In this document: in pieces, positions 38,254-47,371 of the stretch
How positions within the stretch are numbered: position 1 is the first letter of the stretch
Layout of the letters: the number at the start of each line of letters is the position of its first letter
Notes under the pieces: model-generated
The model's database searches: none
Told to the model about the DNA's origin: nothing
The model's input: the letters and a program-made list of their open reading frames with translations, nothing else
Position numbers and translations under genes: made by a program
Assembly: GCA_963734545.1 (NCBI GenBank)
Contig: CAVTHO010000008.1
Coordinates: 768,001-832,000 of the forward strand
DNA length: 64,000 bases
From: an uncultured Spirochaetota bacterium
Lineage (GTDB): Bacteria; Spirochaetota; Spirochaetia; SZUA-6; Fen-1364
Direction of reading: 5' to 3'

Positions 38254-39996
38254 TCAGCCCAGGCGAACGACGCTGTCGACGATTGCCAGCTCCCGTTCGC
38301 GATGGGTGATAAGGATGAGCGTTCTGCCCTGCAGCTTCCGGGCAAGCGTGTCGAGCAGCAGGCCGGCCGTCCGATCATCGAGCCCCTCCGTGGGCTCATC
38401 CAGGACATAGACAGGCGCCGCCCGGAGCAGGGCCCGGGCCACGGCAATGCGCTGGAGCTCTCCCGTGGAGATTTCCCGGCCGGTTTCCCCGACGACCGTC
38501 TCCAGGCCGTCCGGCAGAGCCGCAATGAGCTCCGTCAGCTGCGCGGCCTGGAGCGCCGGCAGGAGAGCCGCGTCCTGCCCCGCGGAGTCCAAACCGGGCG
38601 GGAGCGCGATCAGCAGGTTCTCACGAATGCTGGCATGAAAAAGGTACGGCGCCTGGGGCACCACGGAAAAGAGCCTGCGGACATCTTCAGGCGCCATCGA
38701 TCGCAGGTCATACCCGTCGGAACTGGCCGCCCCCATTGCGTCGGCGGCGTTGAATACCCGGATGCTTCCGGATTCAAAATCCCAGAAACGCAGGAGGACA
38801 TTGACGATCGAGCTCTTCCCCGCTCCCGTGGGTCCGATGATGCCCAGCCGCGCGCCGGCAGGGACGTCGAATGACAGTCCGTCTATCGCCGGGGGCTGCT
38901 CAGGAGAATATCGAAAGCGAAGATCCCGGATCGACAGGGATACCGGGCCGGCCGTCTTCATTCCCGGGGGCGCGAAGACCGGGGCCGAGGGCCCCTTTTT
39001 CGCGGTCCCCCTGGCCGCGGGTTCCTTCACAGCCGGCTCGGCGTCGATGATCTGGAAAAGGCGGCGCGCCGCCGCGGTCATTTCCCCCGCCCTCTGCATG
39101 ACGCCGGGCAGCGGCATGATCGTCTCGAAGCTGGCAAGGACGAGCACGGTCAGCATGGCCATGTCGGCGCGCGGCAGCCCGCCGCCGGCGACAACAGGCA
39201 CGAGCACAAAGGCGGCGGCCCACACGGCAAGGGCGCTCGCCCCGACGATGCCTGCCTCGCCGAGCCCCTGCAGCGAGGCGAGCGTGCGCTGACGCCGGTC
39301 CATCTCCCGGCCCGCCGCCTCGATGCGTGCCGCATGCGCGCCCGCCGCGCCGAGCGCCACAAGCTCCGCCATTCCCTGGACCTCCTCGACGATCGAGGCG
39401 CGGAGCTCCGCTGCCCACGCGACGCGCTCGCGCCCCGGACGCGCGGACAGCCGGTGCAGAAGCAGCGGGAGGAGGACGCCGGAGAAAGCCAGGGCGGCCG
39501 CGTCGATCACGGCGAGACGGGCGTCGAAGCGCGCGAGGAACGGGACGATGCACGAGACGGCGAGCACCGCCACGATGGAGGGAACGACCCCGCGCACATA
39601 GAAGTCGTCCAGCGTGTCGATGTCGGCCCGGATGCGGCTCAGCAGATCGCCGCTCCGATACGAGGACAGGCGCGCGGGGGCGAGGGGCTCGATGCGCGCG
39701 TAGAACCAGACGCGGAGGGCGGAGAGGATCCTGAACGTGACGTCGTGATTCACGAGCCTCTCGGCATAGCGCCCCGCGGCCCTGCCGAGGGCCAGGGCGC
39801 GGACGCCCGCGCCGGCGGTCGTGTAGTCCATCAGCACGCCCGCCAGGCCCGCGATGGCCATCGACGCGATGAACCAGCTCGAGAGCGCGAGCAGGCCGAC
39901 ATTGGCCAGGAGCGTCGCGAGGGAGAGAACGAGCCCGAGCACCGCCAGCCGCCAGTGGGGACGTACGAGCTTCAGCAGGCGAAACAGGTCTCTCAT
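38254..39996 (-). CDS. cydC: Thiol reductant ABC exporter subunit CydC
   Basis: GLLALSSWF, RYAERLVNHD, GDLLSR..D, ABC domain. Confidence 0.9.
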   Translation of the reverse strand: MRDLFRLLKLVRPHWRLAVLGLVLSLATLLANVGLLALSSWFIASMAIAGLAGVLMDYTTAGAGVRALALGRAAGRYAERLVNHDVTFRILSALRVWFYARIEPLAPARLSSYRSGDLLSRIRADIDTLDDFYVRGVVPSIVAVLAVSCIVPFLARFDARLAVIDAAALAFSGVLLPLLLHRLSARPGRERVAWAAELRASIVEEVQGMAELVALGAAGAHAARIEAAGREMDRRQRTLASLQGLGEAGIVGASALAVWAAAFVLVPVVAGGGLPRADMAMLTVLVLASFETIMPLPGVMQRAGEMTAAARRLFQIIDAEPAVKEPAARGTAKKGPSAPVFAPPGMKTAGPVSLSIRDLRFRYSPEQPPAIDGLSFDVPAGARLGIIGPTGAGKSSIVNVLLRFWDFESGSIRVFNAADAMGAASSDGYDLRSMAPEDVRRLFSVVPQAPYLFHASIRENLLIALPPGLDSAGQDAALLPALQAAQLTELIAALPDGLETVVGETGREISTGELQRIAVARALLRAAPVYVLDEPTEGLDDRTAGLLLDTLARKLQGRTLILITHRERELAIVDSVVRLG

Positions 39997-41728
39997 GACG
40001 CCTCGCGTATCCGGCCGGCGTCGAGGACGAGCACTCGATCCACCCCGGGGGCCGGGCGATGGGTCACCAGGACCATGGTGCGGCCCTCTGCCAGGCTGCG
40101 GATTCCGGCGTTCACCATGCGCTCACTCTCCGCGTCCAGGTGGGCGGTCGGCTCGTCCAGGAGGACCAGGCCCGGGTCACGCAGGAACAGGCGGGCCAGC
40201 GCGACGCGCTGGAGCTGTCCCGTGGAGAGCCCCTGTCCCCCCTCCCCGACGCGTGTGTGGAGCCCGGCAGGCATCCGCTCGACGAACTCGGACGCGTGTG
40301 AAAGCCGCAGCGCTTCCTCGATCTCGCGTTCGTTGGCGGATGGCCGGCCGAGAATGATATTGTCCCGCAGCGTGCCGTGAAACAGGGTCGGCCGCTGCGG
40401 CAGCCACGCGACCGTGTCGAGCCACGCGCGCTGGTCGAGGCCGCGCAGATCGTTCCCGTCGATGAGCAGCCGGCCGCTGCCGGGCGTGGCGAAGCCCAGG
40501 AGCAGGGAAAGGAGCGTCGACTTGCCTGCGCCGCTCGCCCCGAGCACCGCGACATGTTCCCGGGAGCTGACGGAGAAAGTCACGCCTTGCAGGATGGGCC
40601 GCTCTTCATAGGCGAAGGAGACGTCTTCAAAAGCCACTGCGCGCGCATGCGGCCGGGGAGGGATGCGCGCCCCGGACATTTGCGCTGCCGTACCCGGCGG
40701 ATTTGGCGCTGCCGTACCCGGCGGATTTGGCGCTGCCGTGCCGGCGGGGGGTGAGGATTCCGGACCCGGGCCGGGCCCGCCTGCAAAAGGACCCGCACCT
40801 GGTCGGCCGCGCTGACCGCCTCCATGCGCGAATGATAGAAGGTTCCCAGGGTGCGGAGGGTGAGGAAATACTCGGGAGCGATGAGAAGTATGAAGTATCC
40901 CGGGGCGAACTGCATGGAGGCGGAAAGCAGCCGCAGCCCGGAGAGTATGGCGACCAGGGCGATGCTGACGCTCGAAATCAGCTCCAGCATGAATGAAGAG
41001 AGGAATGCGACCTTGAGAACCGACATCGTCATGCCGCGGTATTCCTCGGAGGTACGGGCGATCTCTTCCGCCTCGCGCCGCGAGGCGTCGAACATCTTCA
41101 GCGTGGCCAGTCCCTGGAGCGCGTCGAGAAAATGCCCGCTCATCCGGGCGAGCTTCCCCCACAGACGCTGGTTGCGGGCGTGCGATTCTTCGCCGATGAC
41201 GATCATGTTCAGGGGAAGAAACACCGCGGTGAGGACGAGGACGAGTCCCGAGATCCAGTCCAGCGGAAACACCACGGCGAGGATCGTGAACGGCAGCAGG
41301 GTGGCGATGGCCCGTTGAGGCAGGTACTTCGAGAAGTAGGCATCCAGGGCTTCCACTGCGTCGACCGCCGTGTGCGCGATCTCCCCCGCACGCATGCCGG
41401 CGAGTGCAATCGGTCCGATGGACTGGAGGTGTCCACCAAGCTCCCTGCGCAGCGTCTGTTTGGCGCCGGACGCGCACTCGAACGCTGCGCGCCGGGATCC
41501 CCAGGTGACGACGGCGCGCAGAAGGACCACGCCCAGGAGCGCCGCGAAAAAGGGCAGGAGGCCGCGAAGGGTGCGCCCGCCGAACATGACGCCGTTGCCG
41601 ATCTGGACCAGGAGCGAAGTCTGGAGGATCAGGAGGATTCCCGACAGCTCGCCCAGCGCGACCGTCAGGGCGAGATTGGGCCGGGCAGGACGGCTTCTGC
41701 CGCGCAGCCAGGTGGACGTACTCGTCAT
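39993..41728 (-). CDS. cydD: Thiol reductant ABC exporter subunit CydD, frameshifted in the TMD-NBD linker (~40770)
   Basis: YFSKYLPQ, FLDALQGL.TLK, TMSVLKVAFLSS, APEYF..LR.LG..YH; ATPase in another frame. Confidence 0.88.
40678..40747. repeat. About 2.7 copies of a 24-bp tandem repeat in the cydD linker
   Basis: GCGCTGCCGTACCCGGCGGATTTG at 40682-40705 and 40706-40729, plus a partial third; encodes (GTAAPNPP)n. Confidence 0.9.
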
Positions 41729-41761
41729 CGCAGTGACGAGTGTACGGAAAAGCCGTCTCGA

Positions 41762-41790
41762 TTGACAACCGGAAACGGATATGTTAAAGC
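41762..41790 (+). promoter_or_regulatory. sigma70-like promoter abutting the cydA start
   Basis: TTGACA-17-(TG.)TAAAGC-6 nt-ATG, no SD. Confidence 0.6.
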
Positions 41791-41796
41791 CGCTCC

Positions 41797-43102
41797 ATGG
41801 GCGTCGAGGCACTCTCCCGGATACAGTTCGCCACCGTTGCCATCTTCCATTTCCTGTTCGTCCCCCTGACCCTGGGTCTCAGCGTGCTGGTGGCTTTCAT
41901 GGAAACACGCTACGCGCGGACCGGGGACGAAACCTGGCTGCGCATGACGAGGTACTGGAGCAGGCTGCTGCTCATCAACTTCGCCGTGGGCGTGGTCACC
42001 GGTCTCACGCTGGAGTTCCAGTTCGGAATGAACTGGGCGGAATACTCGAAGTTCGTCGGTGACATCTTCGGCGCGCCCCTTGCCATCGAGGCAACGGTGG
42101 CGTTCTTCCTGGAGTCCACCTTCATCGGCCTGTGGGTGTTCAGCTGGAAGAGGGTTTCCCGGGGCACCCATGCGGCGATCATGTGGGTGGTCGCGTCGGC
42201 CAGCACGTTTTCCGCATTGTGGATCCTGCTGGCCAACGGATGGATGCAGAAGCCGCGCGGCTATGTCCTGGCGGGCGGCAAGGCCCAGCTGGTGGACTTC
42301 GGCGCCCTCATCTGGAACCCGTACGCGTGGATCAAGTTCTTCCACGTGATCACGGCCGCGTACACTTTGAGCGCATTCTTCATCATGGGGATCTCCGCGG
42401 TCAATCTCCTCCGCGGGAGGAATCCCCAGTTGTTCAAGAAGTCTTTCCGGCTCGCCGCCACATTCGCCGTGGCTTCCTCGGTCCTGATCGTCGTGGCCGG
42501 GGACCTCTCGGGAGTGCAGGTGGCGAAGTTCCAGCCGACGAAGCTCGCCGCCATTGAATCGCAGTGGAAGACAGAGACCGGCGCCCCCTTCTATCTGCTC
42601 CAGTTCCCCGACCCCGGGGCACAGCGCAACATCGTCGAAGCGCTGCCGATCGCCAAGGGACTCAGCTTTCTCGCCTACCACGACGTCAACGCCACGGTGA
42701 AGGGGCTCGAGGAGTTCCCCCGGCGAGCGGCCCCCGGTGATGGTGAGCTTCGTCGGATTCCGCCTGATGGTGGCCCTGGGTTTCCTCTTCGTGCTGCTGG
42801 CGGTGGTCTCCGCCGTTCTCTCGTGGACGGACAGGCTCGCATCGAAACGCTGGTTTCTCTGGATCATGACGGTGGCCCTGATCCTGCCCTACCTGGCCAG
42901 CGAGCTGGGGTGGATCGTCGCGGAGATCGGCCGGCAGCCGTGGATCGTGTATGGGCTGCTCAAGACGGCGGACGCGGCATCGCGCTCCATCACGCCGGGC
43001 GACGTCCTGGGCTCGCTCATCTGCTTCCTCGTCATCTACAGCGCCCTTGCCGCCGTGGACGTTTTCCTGCTCGCCAGGTACGCCCGCAGGACTGAGGACT
43101 GA
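41797..43102 (+). CDS. cydA: Cytochrome bd oxidase subunit I, frameshifted at the C-run 42717-42721
   Basis: SRIQF..FHFLF, EFQFG, FFLESTF, QPTKLAAIE; GWIVAEIGRQPW in the next frame. Confidence 0.93.
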
Positions 43103-43113
43103 GGAGGGAAGGA

Positions 43114-44142
43114 ATGGCGCTGCAAACGCTCTGGTTCGTCCTGTGGGGTATCCTGTGGGCCGTCTATTTCATGCTGGACGGCTTCGACTTCGGCGCGTGC
43201 ATGCTGCGCAACTTCCTCGCCCGTGACGAGCTGGACAGGAAAGTCGCGCTGGCCGCCATCGGTCCGGTGTGGGACGGCAACGAAGTCTGGCTCATCACGG
43301 CCGGGGGCGCCACCTTCGCCGCCTTTCCCGCCACCTACGCGTCGATGTTCAGCTTCCTCTACCTTCCCATGCTGCTGATCCTCTTCTCCCTCATCGCGCG
43401 CGGCGCGGCCATCGAGCTGCGCGGCAAGCATGACGCGCCGAAGTGGCGGTCCGTGTGGGACTGGGTGCTGGCCGTCTCCAGCTTCACGGCGCCGCTGGTG
43501 CTGGGGCTGGGGTTCGGCAACATATTCAAGGGCCTGCCCATCGACCTTGCCGGGTATCGGGGAAGCTTCTTCATGCTCTTCAATCCGTACGGCCTGCTCA
43601 CGGCGCTTCTCTTCGTGCTCCTGTTTCTCCAGCACGGCGCCCTCTGGCTCAGGTATAAAACGGACGGAGAGCTGGGCGAGCGGGCAGGCAGGCTCGTGGG
43701 GGTCCTCTGGTTCCTCGTTTTGGCTGCTGCCGCGGCATTCCTCGTGCTGAGCGGATTCGCGACACGGCTGTATGACAACTACCTGGCCCGGCCGTTCTGG
43801 ATCGTTGTGCCTGTTCTGGCTGTCGCGGCCCTGCTCGGGGTGCGGATCCTTCACTCCCGGGCGCGGCCCCTCGGCGCCTTTGGCGCTTCCTGCGCGACGA
43901 TCGTGCTCGTGATTGCCACGGGGCTCATCGGCTTGTTCCCCAATCTCATCCCATCGAGCCTCGATTCAGCGGCGAGCCTCACGATCTACAACTCCTCATC
44001 GGGTCCATATACGCTGAAGCTCATGAGCATCGTCGCCGGGATCTTTGTTCCCCTCGTCATCGTCTACCAGTTCCTCGTGTTCAGATTCTTCCGGGCAAAA
44101 GTCACGCGAACCCAGGTGGGCGGAGAAGCCGAAGGATATTGA
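43114..44142 (+). CDS. cydB: Cytochrome bd oxidase subunit II
   Basis: LDGFDFG, GPVWDGNEVWL, FAAFP. Confidence 0.95.
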   Translation: MALQTLWFVLWGILWAVYFMLDGFDFGACMLRNFLARDELDRKVALAAIGPVWDGNEVWLITAGGATFAAFPATYASMFSFLYLPMLLILFSLIARGAAIELRGKHDAPKWRSVWDWVLAVSSFTAPLVLGLGFGNIFKGLPIDLAGYRGSFFMLFNPYGLLTALLFVLLFLQHGALWLRYKTDGELGERAGRLVGVLWFLVLAAAAAFLVLSGFATRLYDNYLARPFWIVVPVLAVAALLGVRILHSRARPLGAFGASCATIVLVIATGLIGLFPNLIPSSLDSAASLTIYNSSSGPYTLKLMSIVAGIFVPLVIVYQFLVFRFFRAKVTRTQVGGEAEGY

Positions 44143-45385
44143 CGAGCCTTGAGATCGTGAAGTGCGGGCGCAGGTAATGGCTCACCGTCACGGCAAGGAT
44201 CCGCTCGTCTTCGGTCACACCCAGCGCAGCGACGCTTGCCGGGCCGCCCGCTGCCTGGAGCAGCTCCGCGATACGCGCAGGCCCGGGAACCTGCCGGGCG
44301 ATTTCCTGGATTTCTCCCCAGCGGTCCTGGATCCTCTGTTTCAGCCGTCCGTAGTCCTGCTCGCTCATGTCCAGGTACGAGGCCTGGGAAGCGATGATGT
44401 CCGCGGCAAGGGATCCATAGGCTGAGCGAATGCGCTGCATCTCCTCTTCGCGCCCGGGCAGGCGGGAGTCCTTCAACAGGGCCACTGCCTGCTCCCGTGA
44501 AATCCGGCCTATCCGTTCGTAAAGCTCGGCCACGAGGATCGTCGCGACGCCGACCTTTGCGCCGTGCAGGATCGCAGGCCTGCCCTCCCTCAGCAGCTTC
44601 ATCTCCCAGTAATGGGAATAGTGGTGCTCGGATCCGGAGGCAGGCAGGGAGTTGCCGAAATCCAGCATGCAGAACCCCGACTCGATCAAGGCCTCCATGA
44701 GGCTCCGCACGCCGTCCGCGGAAGCAGCCGCGATCTCTCCCGCCTGCTCCTCGCACGCCCGCACGGCGCGGAGCGACCTCCCCGCGATGGATTCGTCGTA
44801 CGGTTCGTCCCGTAGAAGGTGGGCCAGCCGCCAGTCCGCGACCGAGGTGTGCTTGCCCAGCATGTCGCCGAAGCCCGCCGCGATCATCTGCTGCGGAGCC
44901 GAAGACAGGACAGCGAGGTCGGCGAATATGGCGAGGGGCGCGTGGGCATTCGCGGTCGTCTTCACCCCGTCGACGATCAGCGGCGCCCCGATGGATGTAT
45001 ATCCGTCAACCGAGGGCGCCGATGGGATGGAAATGAACGGGCAGCCGGTCCTGTGACTGACGAACCGCACGATGTCGGTGATCGTCCCCGAGCCGACGGC
45101 GAGAAATGTCAGGTCGGCCCCACCGGAGGCGAGCAGGACGCGAAGCACGTGTGGGGCGTCCGCAACCACCTCGCCGCCGGTGAACACGATCTTCCTCACC
45201 TCGCAGCCGATCCCGCGCAGCGCTCTCTCCACCGTCTCCCCGGCCGCCCGATACGTGTGCGCGTCCGCGACCAGCAGAAGCCGACGGCGTCCGGTCTCCC
45301 GGCAGTATTGCGTCAGGCGCGGGATGGCGTCCGTGCCAATGACGATCAGGGGTCTCTGCGCGCCGGTGTGAACGTGCTCTGGCAT
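44102..45385 (-). CDS. sn-glycerol-1-phosphate dehydrogenase (AraM/EgsA type)
   Basis: AVGSGTITD, PSAPSVDG, GFGDMLGK, PASGSEHHYSH, LHGAKVG. Confidence 0.88.
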   Translation of the reverse strand: MPEHVHTGAQRPLIVIGTDAIPRLTQYCRETGRRRLLLVADAHTYRAAGETVERALRGIGCEVRKIVFTGGEVVADAPHVLRVLLASGGADLTFLAVGSGTITDIVRFVSHRTGCPFISIPSAPSVDGYTSIGAPLIVDGVKTTANAHAPLAIFADLAVLSSAPQQMIAAGFGDMLGKHTSVADWRLAHLLRDEPYDESIAGRSLRAVRACEEQAGEIAAASADGVRSLMEALIESGFCMLDFGNSLPASGSEHHYSHYWEMKLLREGRPAILHGAKVGVATILVAELYERIGRISREQAVALLKDSRLPGREEEMQRIRSAYGSLAADIIASQASYLDMSEQDYGRLKQRIQDRWGEIQEIARQVPGPARIAELLQAAGGPASVAALGVTEDERILAVTVSHYLRPHFTISRLVNILRLLRPPGFA

Positions 45386-45443
45386 CTCCTGGGCTCCGAC
45401 GGATGGTACCTCAACCCGCCGGATTGTTGCTATAGTCGTTCCC

Positions 45444-46574
45444 GTGGACACGGTAGACGTTCTCATCATCGGCGCAGGCGTGATCGGCCTGGCCATCGCT
45501 GAACGGCTGGCCGATCCGTCACGGGAGATCGTGGTCGTGGAAATGCATGACGGGTTCGGCCGGGAGACTTCCTCCCGCAACAGCGAGGTCATCCACTGCG
45601 GCATGTACTACGCGGAAGACCTGCTCAAGACCCGGCTGTGCGTGCGGGGCAATCCGCTCCTGTACGAGCTCTGCGCGCGCCAGGGAATCCCACACCGCAG
45701 GACCGGCAAGATCGTGGTCGCCACTGATGAGAAAGAGGCGGCTACGCTGCAACGGCTCTTCGCCCAGGGAAAGAAGAACGGCGTCGACGGCCTGCGACTG
45801 ATCGACAGCAGGGAGATAGAGGCCCGGGAGCCGCATGTACGCGGGATCCTCGGATTGCACAGTCGTGACAGCGGAATCATCGACAGTCATCGGCTGATGG
45901 AGTACCTCGCGCACGCCGCGGTCTCCCGGGGAGCGACACTGGCGTACAATTGCGAAGTCACCGGGATTCACAGGAATGGAGGAGGCTATTCGGTCGAGGT
46001 GCGGGAGGCCAACGGCGCGCTCACCACCCTGATGACGGCCTGCGTGATCAATTGCGCCGGTCTTCACGCGGACCGGATTGCCGCTCTGGCCGGGATCGAC
46101 GTCGAGGAGGCAGGATACCGCATCCGTCCCTGCAAGGGAGAGTATTTTCGCGTGTCCTCACGGCACAATGGCAGGCTCCATACCCTGGTGTATCCTGTTC
46201 CTTCATCTGTTCACCTCGGGGCGCACGCCGTCCTCGGCCTGGACGACAGCCTGAAGATAGGTCCGAGCTCTTTCTACGTTGACGCGCTTGACTACGCGGT
46301 GGACCCTGCCCACCGGTCGGTTTTCCACCGGAAGGCCCACCGTTTCCTTCCCTTCCTGGAGCTGGATGACCTGTCCCCGGACATGTCGGGAATCCGGCCG
46401 AAGCTGTACCGGCAGGGAGAGCCCTTCAAGGATTTCGTAATCCGCGAGGAGGGCGACCGCGGGCTTCCGGGGCTCGTCAATCTGGTCGGCATGGAATCTC
46501 CCGGCCTGACCGCGTGCCTGGCCATCGCGGAAAACGTGGAACGTCTTCTCCAAGGAGGGCCTGCACTCGTATGA
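45444..46574 (+). CDS. FAD-dependent oxidoreductase (L-2-hydroxyglutarate dehydrogenase/GlpA-like)
   Basis: IIGAGVIG, TSSRNSEVIH.G.YY, KGEYF, SGIRPK, ESPGLTA. Confidence 0.88.
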   Translation: MDTVDVLIIGAGVIGLAIAERLADPSREIVVVEMHDGFGRETSSRNSEVIHCGMYYAEDLLKTRLCVRGNPLLYELCARQGIPHRRTGKIVVATDEKEAATLQRLFAQGKKNGVDGLRLIDSREIEAREPHVRGILGLHSRDSGIIDSHRLMEYLAHAAVSRGATLAYNCEVTGIHRNGGGYSVEVREANGALTTLMTACVINCAGLHADRIAALAGIDVEEAGYRIRPCKGEYFRVSSRHNGRLHTLVYPVPSSVHLGAHAVLGLDDSLKIGPSSFYVDALDYAVDPAHRSVFHRKAHRFLPFLELDDLSPDMSGIRPKLYRQGEPFKDFVIREEGDRGLPGLVNLVGMESPGLTACLAIAENVERLLQGGPALV

Positions 46575-47371
46575 GTAGATCTCAACGCAAGGCAGGGGCG
46601 CTCGTGGATCACAATCCCGACGAGGCCTCGCGCACCGCAAAGCGCTCCGCACGGGTGCTGGGCAACGAGGCTTTCGGCTCGGTGGTCCTGAGCACCGTGG
46701 CCGGCTACGTCGACACGGCCGGCTACCTGGCGCTCTTCGGGCTTTTCACCGCACACGTCACGGGGGACCTGATCACGGCCGCCGCCACCATGGCCACCGG
46801 TCCCAATCTCGGGGCAGGCATACGCCTGGCCATGATTCCGATCTTCATGGTGACCGTCGCCGCAATTACGCTCTTCGCGCGGGGCATCAGGCGTCGGGGC
46901 GCCGCGACGCTCGCACCGCTGCTCAGCCTGATGACGATCGCGCTCGCCCTTTTCTGCGCGGCCGGGGTGTACATCCGGCCGTACGCGAGAAACCCCAACG
47001 CGTGGGGTGTCGCCGTCATTGGAGGTCTCGGTGTCGCCGCCATGGGGATCCAGAACGCATTGATGCGCGGCGCGCTGAAGAGCTTCTCCCAGACCACGCT
47101 CATGACGGGCAACCTGACGCAGTTCACGATCGATTTCGTCGAGTTCGTCTTTCCCGCCGCGCGCGACGATGCGCGGGAACGCGCGCGCGTCCGGCGCGAA
47201 TCGGCCCGGCATGCAAGGAAATCCGGCATCCCGCTCCTGGGCTTCATGGTCGGGGCTGCCCTGGGCGCGTGGCTGACGAAGCGCTACGGGCTCCTGTGCA
47301 TCGCCTTGCCGACAGGCGTGGTCGCCATCCTGAGCATCATTGCCTGGGCACGCTCGGGCAGACGCGGCTAG
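46571..47371 (+). CDS. YoaK/DUF1275 family membrane protein
   Basis: AGYVD, FTAHVTG, AMGIQN, TTLMTGN. Confidence 0.88.
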   Translation: MSRSQRKAGALVDHNPDEASRTAKRSARVLGNEAFGSVVLSTVAGYVDTAGYLALFGLFTAHVTGDLITAAATMATGPNLGAGIRLAMIPIFMVTVAAITLFARGIRRRGAATLAPLLSLMTIALALFCAAGVYIRPYARNPNAWGVAVIGGLGVAAMGIQNALMRGALKSFSQTTLMTGNLTQFTIDFVEFVFPAARDDARERARVRRESARHARKSGIPLLGFMVGAALGAWLTKRYGLLCIALPTGVVAILSIIAWARSGRRG

